Source: an uncultured bacterium
GTDB lineage: Bacteria; Margulisbacteria; WOR-1; CAVSGV01
Direction of reading: 5' to 3'
DNA length: 32,000 nucleotides
NCBI GenBank assembly: GCA_963699255.1
Contig: OY969425.1
Location: 570,001 to 602,000, forward strand
Below are positions 22,101-24,717 of this stretch, piece after piece. How positions within the stretch are numbered: the first letter of the stretch is position 1; each line of letters starts with the position of its first letter. The notes beneath the pieces are model-generated. The model was not told where the DNA came from and made no database searches. It worked only from the letters and a program-made list of their open reading frames with translations. Position numbers and translations under genes: made by a program.

Positions 22101-24459
22101 CGCAAGTTAACGAAGAAGGCGCTGTCCCGGTCCATGTCCTGGTAGTTGTGCCTCCTCCCAATGCAGCCATGGTCCAGGGCCCCTGAGTGGAGTCTATCTG
22201 GAACCCTACCATCTTGATCGTGGAATTGGTCAGTGTGGTAGTGGCTGTACCGCTGAAGGAGGGAGTTGTGTTCTTTGTTAAATTATTAACAAAAGGATTG
22301 ATCGAGGTTGTTAAAGGAGAAGACACTGTCTCTTCGGATATCACGGTTACATTACCACTGTTATTATTGGCCACATAGATCTTATTGGTGTTGGGATTTA
22401 CGGCTACATAACCAGGATGAGTTCCGGTAGTTACCGTAGTGGTGGTATTAGTAGCTCCATCAATTACGGTTACATTACCACTGTTATTATTGGCCACATA
22501 GATCTTATTGGTGTTGGGATTTACGGCTACAGATAAAGGAGTGTTTCCGGCAGTTACTGTAGTGGTTGTATTAGTAGATCCATCGATCACGGTTACGTTA
22601 TTGCTGGTAGCCTGATTGACCACATAGATCTTATTGGTATTGGGGTTTACAGCTACATCACTAGGATAAGTTCCGGCAGTTACCGTAGTGATGACATTAT
22701 TAGTAGCCCCATCGATCACGGTTACATTATTACTCCCAAAATTAGCCACATAGATCGTGTTGGTCTTGGGGTTTACGGCTACTGCTCTAGGATTAGTTCC
22801 GGCAGTTACCGTAGTGATGACATTATTAGTAGCTCCATCGATCACGGTTACATTACCACTATCATTATTAGCCACATATATCTTATTGGTATTAGGGTTG
22901 ACGGCTACTGCATCAGGGGCCGTCCCGGTAGTTACCGTAGTGGTGACATTATTAGTAGCTCCATCAATTACGGTTACATTATTGCTAAGAGGATTAGCCA
23001 CATAGACCTTATTGGTATTGGGGTTTACGGCTAAAGCATTAGTATTACTTCCGACAGTTATTGTAGCGGTGGAATTATCAGCCCCATTGATCACGGTCAC
23101 ATTGGGACTACCTGTATTAGACACATAGACCTTATTGGTAATGGCGTTTACGGATACAGCCTGAGGATAAGTTCCGACAGCTACCGTAGTGATGACACCA
23201 TTAGTAGCTCCATTGATCACGGTTACATTATTAGTGCCATTATTTACCGCATAGATCTTGTTGGTATTGGGGTTTACGGCCACTGCATCAGGGCCAGATC
23301 CGACGGTTACCGTAGCGGTGGAATTTGCAGCCCCATCGATCACGGTCACATTATTAGTGCTCATATTGGCCACATAGATCTTATTGGTATCGGGGTTTAC
23401 AGCTAAAGATTGAGCGCCAGATCCCACAGTTATCGTAGCGGTGGAATTGTCAGCCCCATTGATCACGGTTACATTGTAATCCAAATAATTTGCCACATAG
23501 ATATTATTGGTGTTGGGGTTTACGGCTACGGCATACGGATAAGTTCCGACAGTTACCGTAGTGGTGACATTATTAGTGGTTCCATCGATCACAGATACAG
23601 TATTACTATTTTGATTGCCCACATAGACCTTATTGGTATTTGGGTTTACGGCTACAGGCCAAGGTTGAGACCCAACAGTTACTGTAGTAATGACACTATT
23701 ATTAGCTCCATTGATCACGGTTACAGAACCACTGGAATTATTGGTCACATAGATCTTATTGTTATTGGGGTTTACGGCTACTGCACGAGGGCCAGATCCG
23801 ACGGTTACCGTAGTGGTAACGGCATCAGTAGCCCCATTGATCACGGTTACGGTCCCGCCCCCCAAATTAGCCACATAGATAACATTGGTATGAGGGTTTA
23901 CGGCTACTGCATAAGGAATACTTCCGACAGTTATCGTAGTTATGACATTATTAGTAGCCCCATCGATCACGGTTACATTATTAGTATTTGCATTGGCTAC
24001 ATAGATCTTATTGGTATCGGGGTTTACGGCTACTGCAATAGGATATGTTCCGACAGCTACTTCAGTGGTGATATTAGTGGCTCCATCGATCACGGTTACA
24101 GCATTACTATTCTGATTAGCCACATAGATCTTATTGGTATTGGGGTTTACGGCTACTGCATCAGGATTAGCTCCGACCGTTACTTGAGTGGTGGTATTAG
24201 TAGCCCCATCGATCACGGTTACAGTGTTACCGCCACTATTTGCCACATAGATCTTATTAGTATTGGGGTTCATGGCTACAGCAATAGGTTGACTTCCAAC
24301 CGTTACCGTTGCGGTAACCGATTGAGTGTGCGCCAGGGATACAAGCATCAGTAAAAAGAAGCAGGAAATAAGAAGTACTAAGCTGGATTTTCTTTTTGAA
24401 TTTTGCACCAACTTAAAATAAAAAAAATCGATCCAAGAAGCCTGTGTCTTCCTAGACAT
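9871..24459 (-). CDS. Giant surface protein, fragment 1 (N-terminal 4862 aa): signal peptide, 16 YVTN blades, Ig-like domain, beta-helix modules M1-M7, 3 FN3 domains
   Basis: ATG at 24457-24459. N-terminus MSRKTQ..KRKSSLVLLISCFFLLMLVSLAHT. Ends ..NSGRYSWAPPTFQRPKPG* where paralogous spacers read ..SGRYTWTVPNISTTEA. The stop lies 9 codons after a 1-nt deficit at the plus-strand G5 run 9899-9903. Confidence 0.9.
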   Translation of the reverse strand: MSRKTQASWIDFFYFKLVQNSKRKSSLVLLISCFFLLMLVSLAHTQSVTATVTVGSQPIAVAMNPNTNKIYVANSGGNTVTVIDGATNTTTQVTVGANPDAVAVNPNTNKIYVANQNSNAVTVIDGATNITTEVAVGTYPIAVAVNPDTNKIYVANANTNNVTVIDGATNNVITTITVGSIPYAVAVNPHTNVIYVANLGGGTVTVINGATDAVTTTVTVGSGPRAVAVNPNNNKIYVTNNSSGSVTVINGANNSVITTVTVGSQPWPVAVNPNTNKVYVGNQNSNTVSVIDGTTNNVTTTVTVGTYPYAVAVNPNTNNIYVANYLDYNVTVINGADNSTATITVGSGAQSLAVNPDTNKIYVANMSTNNVTVIDGAANSTATVTVGSGPDAVAVNPNTNKIYAVNNGTNNVTVINGATNGVITTVAVGTYPQAVSVNAITNKVYVSNTGSPNVTVINGADNSTATITVGSNTNALAVNPNTNKVYVANPLSNNVTVIDGATNNVTTTVTTGTAPDAVAVNPNTNKIYVANNDSGNVTVIDGATNNVITTVTAGTNPRAVAVNPKTNTIYVANFGSNNVTVIDGATNNVITTVTAGTYPSDVAVNPNTNKIYVVNQATSNNVTVIDGSTNTTTTVTAGNTPLSVAVNPNTNKIYVANNNSGNVTVIDGATNTTTTVTTGTHPGYVAVNPNTNKIYVANNNSGNVTVISEETVSSPLTTSINPFVNNLTKNTTPSFSGTATTTLTNSTIKMVGFQIDSTQGPWTMAALGGGTTTRTWTGTAPSSLTCGYHTVYAVPLDDTAGTVTQLSDPVGATQAYQFLESNNMPLTYYVDSINGRDSNSGLTALDAFQTINTAESVVSTGDAILVKHGTYRLPATITLKNGVYLGGGYDDSWNPTNDPSLSIISGEGSVKCLSGTNLNSATIIECFTINNGYNSGSGAAGCGGGLVLTTSSPTIRNCAFTSNRANSGGGGVFATASSPVFQNCTFTSNKAIAGFGGGIYGNNSTPEVLNCTFESNSADATNGGGIASFYGSPTISNCAFASNSASTTGGGGIYIYEYAATANITIENCTFTSNTGASGGGIYSQVSNSTPTISNCLFIFNISTAGTGGYGGGGIYCIQSSPIISNCTLTENTAVNGGGLYSFSCTPTVKNSIIYGNSAVDIQGNNPTITYSCFPGIISGAGVIHADPLFVNASAGDAHLYNNSPCVDKGTGEASDLGLGFGQGYGTHSLAIYGDAGRVNMGYHYSGYTNSEQNVPDSTPPTITLYSPAAGNAWVTGTSRDITWEASDSDGLISPVTIYYSTNEGKVYTKIDTCDATLTSYPWTVPNLVTNEAKIKITMADAYYNLGTGESGEFSIRHPATWYVDAASPEGNSGMTPESPLNTINSAESAAIDGDEIHVRMGVYSLTAPHTGTITLEDGVYLRGGYDNGWNQIDDPSITIISGEGSVRCLYGDDLSSATTIENLTIQGGYVNEYEGDTGGKGAGAALFYSSPTITNCAFNNNRAVFGLGGGLYLEYSSPTILNCAFVSNYTYYQGGGIYMFRSFSTFSSCSFESNYAGDAGGGLCIDGSSPEVSNCTFILNRAGGGAGISNSRINSGDASFPFISNCAFISNSAEVFGGGMLNDNYCFPTISNCTFTSNSGGIEGGGMYNETFSSPTISNCSFESNIANYGGGMYSDSSSTPEVLNCDFISNSADSNGGGMFNSGVLASTVSNCAFTSNHADSGSGGGLWNYASSPTVENCAFTSNTAENGGGLENDNSSPDIENTTFILNSVSNGLSALGGGMANIESSLPVLNNCAFISNHSSGGGGGIYNGASTPEISNCTITSNSATSGGGIANYCSSPGIINSIIFGNSVDNISNGSSSPDIKYSCIEGGYLGDGNISDNPQFVAGLNNVHLYNTSPCVNYGTGEAFDLGLGSEEGYGTNQNTLYGDSLRVNMGYHYSGYAGPETDISDTTPPSVTVYTPSGSTVWSGGESRDITWDASDSGGLTDPVTIYYSTDEGATYNKIGTCEYTDKTYSWTVPNINTNEAMVKVTVPDNSYNLGSGASPAFTIGSVPLAPTNLSTINKTTTTAYSSWSVPAGSPAYYVISYGTNADNADNINTIMTTEADYSWSGLNPATQYYWKVLATNEVGAGPYSTIASFKTRSSSLTVWYVDAASPEGNSGTTPESPFNTIQSAESAAFGGDEIHVRQGIYSLADTGTVTLEDGVYLRGGYDNGWNQGTGTLTTIISGEGSVQCMYGIDLSPTTTIEGFTIQNGSATDGGGLYLTNSSPTVKNFFFVSNNADHGGGIYNTNYSSPAIFNCTFTSNSAFWGTYSDGGGGGIYNSNHSSPVIYNCIIYGNPGGSILNDSTSSSGVNYSCIQGGCSGIGNISTDPLFRNAPNDVHLYANSPCVNTGTGEAFDLGLGSEEGYGTHPLAQYGDSLRVNMGYHYSGYTGPESNITDHTAPAVSVEDPAGGVSWVVGSSKDVDWMASDSGGGSLINPITIYYSIDGGASYPYKIATKNTTDSDYMWTIPGTPTTDARIKITAVDSYYNLGSGASQVFNIVATPLAPTGLVTTNQTTNSADSSWTVPDGQPDTYIIRWGTDPTATNGGIITTTAANYSWSGLTPATTYYWKVSGSNEAGEGLPSAIASFKTWRETPAIWYVDAASPEGNSGDTPESPFRTINSAESAAYGNDQILVKQGTYDLTDPGTGTIILGNGVSLTGGYDDSWTQTGTWSATIVDGGNAVRCMYGSGLSSSTTIEYFTIMRGNSGYSYSGNGGGIYLTDSSPTITNCAFALDHAASYGGGIYYSGGAPIISDCIFTSNSADSDGGALFGDDSAAKILDCTFTSNNVDDYGGAIFNANSSGILIANCIFTSNSAGGVDIGGGGAICNAYSSLDIVNCIFTTNSAHFYGGGAIYNNHSSPHIYGCTFAADSAPRVGGAIWNVQGSHSTIVNSIVYGCYGGDIFNDPADSSLSATYCDIGTDPLYPGVGNINGNPYLVDPLTGDVHIASNSPCINAGTPDAYALTYNLTNGYGTNPDGVHGDSSNVNIGYHYYSAGYVLPEDDISDITPPAVTVYSPAGGERWIVGSTHDISWTAADENGLIYPITIYYATGETDVDTYKIDTVDISTTHYTWTVPFIASTWAEIKIVALDHSYNSGTGLSNAFTILSKPLTPEGLFTNGIAETTANGTWEVPVGLPTYYIVSYGIDPSASNMGTRITYEASYTWPVLSPNTKYYWKVLATNEAGSSAYSRPVSFETLSGPPGPLTFYVNANAPGPGPGIGTIDDPFKTINSAEAAVMTGTEEIHVMRGVYSLSTPGTGTISLESGTFLMACNYDWTPADDPSLTVISGDAAVQCLYGSGLSSATTIEGFTIQNGRSTYGGGFYLTNSSPTIINCAFTSNCGVGNGGAIENDYSSSPTISNCTFTSNEAPTGAGIFSERSPVILNCNFILNTTLTGVSKGNGGGIYQSSGTYPVISNCTFESNNAYSGGGIFDDNSFSIINNCTFTSNSADASGGGILHQDSSAATIENCAFTSNHAPYGGGIDISSSSPIISNCVFTLNSAETTGGGILNISSSPIISNCTITSNSAPYGAGAAGGICNNDSAPIISNSIIYGNSGGSFLDTSNSHSTVTYSCIDFYFVGVGNISDDPQFVNGPAGDVHLSRHNNSPCISTGTGQASDLGLGWEQHYGTNPDGIRGDTGIVDMGYHYYGYQQPDTTTLTWYVDSASPEGNSGMTPESPFKTINEAELVAVISDEIHVKHGVYSLTAPNTGTITLEDGVYLRGGYDNGWAQTLGPSTTIISGEGSVQCVYGLNLSSATTIEYFTIKKGYNSDAGGGLYLENSSPTISNCFFTLNSAEGNGGGGIYLTDSSPTILYCDFVSNEAGGGDGGGIYNAGGSSIISNCSFASNSGGGGGIFNSDVDASLIISNCSFTSNSGDGIFNNASNPTISNCVFISNSSPGSGGGIENNLSSPTISNCAFALNSASMGGGIWNNFQSNPIISDCTFTLNSASDHGAGIDNSSNCHPVISNSIIYGNLGASIIDESASSSTVTYSCIQGGWEGEGNISAEPLFVYGTNNVHLYNNSPCINTGIGNAFDLGLGSEEGYGTHPLAQYGDALKVNMGYHYSGYTGPETDINDIMPPTIEVISPAPGDTLTGGASYNITWEVKEDPANLIGPIMISYSTDEGATYNLIAADANVNHTSHSWTVPNINTAHARIKVAVADYPAYNLGTGESGVFSIGAGAPTARIWYVDAASPEGNSGMTPGSPFKDINSAESIAGYGDEIHVKKGTYYLYSGDGGPGTGPQTITLYDGIYLRGGYDDGWNQVNDPALTIISGEGNVPCLYGSGLTSAAIIDNFTIEDGYSSASNGSGYGYGSGLYLDSSSLTISNCDFTSNNADYGGGGIFISDYSAPEISNCNFDSNISNSGNGGGIFNDSSSVLTISNCAFTSNNAAEGGGIYNFLSASIESCAFTSNTAYYGGGIFNISTATIDSCTFTSNTAEGGDGGGVANYDYANSGISNCTFESNSAIYDSGGGLYCDVFSSMTVSNCSFKSNSAYNKGGGVYCAYSDASIESCDFTLNSANIEGGGLDLNDSYTHLNISNCTFNSNYAYYGGGIVINNASPTFENCALISNGANIAGGVYSEGTSFSPTFLNCTVTLNRSDGNVGGGLFNYGSSMTIFNSIIYWNSGQNLTNYSAPSAVNVTCSCVQAGDTVGTGFDGTGNISADPFFAHPELGDVHLYNNSPCVNSGEGQAEDWGLSYNEHYGTNPDGVHGDDGLVDMGYHYSGYSVSANLITDTTLPIVEVYSPANGDVWTGGTLYDITWEASDDQELIDNPISIYYSIDGGTTYNLIVAGITNSGRYSWAPPTFQRPKPG
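10135..11763 (-). other. Beta-helix module M7 (12 coils)
   Basis: N-cap WYVDAASPEGNSGMTPGSPFKDINSAE..GDEIHVKKG; 12 coils; C-cap ..ADPFFAHPELGDVHLYNNSPCVNSG..VDMGYHYSGY. Confidence 0.8.
11764..12114 (-). other. TWEASD-type Ig-like spacer 5
   Basis: DIMPPTIEVISPAPGDTLTGGASYNITWEVKEDPANLIGPIMISYSTDEG..HSWTVPNINTAHARIKVAVADYPAYNLGTGESGVFSI. Confidence 0.6.
12115..13344 (-). other. Beta-helix module M6 (8 coils)
   Basis: N-cap WYVDSASPEGNSGMTPESPFKTINEAE; 8 coils; C-cap ..AEPLFVYGTNNVHLYNNSPCINTG..VNMGYHYSGY. Confidence 0.8.
13365..14706 (-). other. Beta-helix module M5 (9 coils; divergent N-cap)
   Basis: N-cap FYVNANAPGPGPGIGTIDDPFKTINSAE; 9 coils; C-cap ..DDPQFVNGPAGDVHLSRHNNSPCISTG..VDMGYHYYGY. 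A ~7-aa linker joins it directly to M6, with no Ig spacer. Confidence 0.75.
14727..14995 (-). other. Fibronectin type III domain 3
   Basis: PLTPEGLFTNGIAETTANGTWEVPVGLPTYYIVSYGI..YTWPVLSPNTKYYWKVLATNEAGSSAYSRPVSFET. Confidence 0.8.
14996..15324 (-). other. TWEASD-type Ig-like spacer 4
   Basis: DITPPAVTVYSPAGGERWIVGSTHDISWTAADENGLIYPITIYYATGE..YTWTVPFIASTWAEIKIVALDHSYNSGTGLSNAFTI. Confidence 0.6.
15325..16533 (-). other. Beta-helix module M4 (7 coils)
   Basis: N-cap WYVDAASPEGNSGDTPESPFRTINSAE..NDQILVKQG; coils use GGAI/GGGI plus [ND]C.FTSN; C-cap ..GNPYLVDPLTGDVHIASNSPCINAG..VNIGYHYYSAGY. Confidence 0.75.
16553..16815 (-). other. Fibronectin type III domain 2
   Basis: PLAPTGLVTTNQTTNSADSSWTVPDGQPDTYIIRWGT..YSWSGLTPATTYYWKVSGSNEAGEGLPSAIASFKT. 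Confidence 0.8.
16816..17154 (-). other. TWEASD-type Ig-like spacer 3
   Basis: DHTAPAVSVEDPAGGVSWVVGSSKDVDWMASDSGGGSLINPITIYYSIDGGASY..YMWTIPGTPTTDARIKITAVDSYYNLGSGASQVFNI. Confidence 0.6.
17155..18012 (-). other. Beta-helix module M3 (3 coils, the shortest)
   Basis: N-cap WYVDAASPEGNSGTTPESPFNTIQSAE; only 3 coils (KNFFFVSN, FNCTFTSN, YNCIIYGN); C-cap ..TDPLFRNAPNDVHLYANSPCVNTG..VNMGYHYSGY. Confidence 0.75.
18030..18295 (-). other. Fibronectin type III domain 1
   Basis: PLAPTNLSTINKTTTTAYSSWSVPAGSPAYYVISYGT..YSWSGLNPATQYYWKVLATNEVGAGPYSTIASFKT, with the classic P.aPt.l / W / Y.v.Y / L.P.t.Y.. v.A.N..G.g FN3 pattern. Confidence 0.8.
18296..18624 (-). other. TWEASD-type Ig-like spacer 2
   Basis: DTTPPSVTVYTPSGSTVWSGGESRDITWDASDSGGLTDPVTIYYSTDEG..YSWTVPNINTNEAMVKVTVPDNSYNLGSGASPAFTI. 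Confidence 0.6.
18625..20385 (-). other. Beta-helix module M2 (14 coils)
   Basis: N-cap WYVDAASPEGNSGMTPESPLNTINSAE..GDEIHVRMG; 14 [NS]C.F..N coils; C-cap ..NPQFVAGLNNVHLYNTSPCVNYG..VNMGYHYSGY. Confidence 0.8.
20386..20715 (-). other. TWEASD Ig-like spacer 1
   Basis: DSTPPTITLYSPAAGNAWVTGTSRDITWEASDSDGLISPVTIYYSTNEG..YPWTVPNLVTNEAKIKITMADAYYNLGTGESGEFSI. Confidence 0.6.
20716..21984 (-). other. Beta-helix module M1 (8 coils)
   Basis: N-cap YYVDSINGRDSNSGLTALDAFQTINTAE; coils GGGIY..NCTFTSN; C-cap ADPLFVNASAGDAHLYNNSPCVDKG..VNMGYHYSGY. Confidence 0.8.
21985..22334 (-). other. Bacterial Ig-like domain linking the propeller region to the first beta-helix module
   Basis: ..TPSFSGTATTTLTNSTIKMVGFQIDSTQGPWTMA..TRTWTGTAPSSLTCGYHTVYAVPLDDTAGT.. 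matches the tP.fsGta ... G.htv.a.a.D.aG pattern typical of adhesin Ig-like domains. Confidence 0.5.
22335..24318 (-). repeat. 16 tandem YVTN-family beta-propeller blades (41 aa / 123-bp period)
   Basis: Sixteen hand-counted units of consensus VTVGs.P.AVAVNPNTNKIYVAN..sNNVTVIDGATN.V. On the plus strand the motif acatagatcttattggtattggggtttacggctac recurs every ~123 bp. Confidence 0.85.
24325..24459 (-). other. N-terminal signal peptide / signal anchor of the giant protein (about aa 1-45)
   Basis: Basic n-region (KRK), a hydrophobic run LVLLISCFFLLMLVSL, then A-H-T/QS before the first propeller blade. Confidence 0.7.
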
Positions 24460-24468
24460 TAGGGCGTT

Positions 24469-24497
24469 ATTTTAGCATAAGACGAGAAAAAATGCAA
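24469..24497 (-). promoter_or_regulatory. Candidate sigma70-type promoter of the giant gene (TTGCAT-17 nt-TAAAAT), implying a leaderless or near-leaderless mRNA
   Basis: The minus strand reads tccTTGCATtttttctcgtcttatgcTAAAATaacgccctaATG. The -10 element ends 9 nt before the ATG, and no Shine-Dalgarno sequence is visible. Confidence 0.3.
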
Positions 24498-24508
24498 GGA
24501 GATTTTGA

Positions 24509-24679
24509 AAGGAAGAGAGGAAATATTGGGAATACAGGGATACTGGAATATGGTTTAGGAAATGGGGAATTAGGATTCGATCGTTTTATCAAAAGATTTA
24601 TACTGCTCCCCATATCCCTTTTAACCATATCCCCAAACTTATTCCCCATATTCCGATATCCCCTTTTTCCGCTATTCCC
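24509..24679 (+). repeat. Intergenic palindromic GGRATAT-rich element, copy 1 (between the divergent giant gene and the PBP gene)
   Basis: The left arm carries GGAAATAT/GGGAATAC/GGGATAC/GGAATATGG units. The right arm carries their complements (CCATATCCC, ATATCCCC, CCATATTCC, GATATCCCC, TATTCCC). ggaatatgg at 24545-24553 pairs with ccatattcc at 24646-24654. The whole unit aligns to the reverse complement of 28195..28372. Confidence 0.7.
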
Positions 24680-24694
24680 TTGTAACTTCAACTG

Positions 24695-24703
24695 TGATAT
24701 AAT
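24695..24703 (+). promoter_or_regulatory. Candidate extended -10 promoter (TGaTATAAT) for the PBP/phosphohexomutase operon
   Basis: tgtgaTATAATctcctcctgtttttATG. The TATAAT ends 14 nt before the ATG at 24718, giving a very short leader with no SD. No convincing -35 element. Confidence 0.3.
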
Positions 24704-24717
24704 CTCCTCCTGTTTTT

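Larger units (their letters stand above)
1..24459 (-). pseudogene. Single giant secreted repeat-protein gene (at least ~8,150 codons; 3' end beyond the window) interrupted by four 1-nt indels. True pseudogene versus sequencing/assembly indels is unresolved
   Basis: The four big minus-strand ORFs are contiguous and share one module grammar. Only the first has a signal peptide. Each ORF boundary lies inside a domain (Ig-like spacer, beta-helix coil, C-cap, beta-helix coil). Shifting frame by 1 nt at each junction restores the paralogous motif: WxxPNISTTEA, SAPEISNC, GEASDLGLG, STIEISNC. Confidence 0.75.

Noticed and set aside
23410-24354. Long plus-strand ORFs antisense to the giant gene. Examples: 23410..24354 (314 aa); and 2615..2836, 3428..3649, 6456..6746, 7080..7337, 9090..9440 and 12434..12826, which carry reiterated 'LYIPPP' motifs.
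   Set aside because: They are shadow frames. YIPPP is simply the reverse-complement reading of GGGIY (ATATATCCCGCCGCC). Their periodicity mirrors the sense-strand repeats, and they have no independent start or RBS signals and no recognisable fold.
1-24459. Four or five separate paralogous adhesin genes rather than one gene.
   Set aside because: Only the first ORF has a signal peptide. Every boundary cuts through a domain. The N-terminal 19-48 aa of the downstream ORF translations are non-homologous out-of-frame overlap. A 1-nt shift restores the paralogous motif at each junction.
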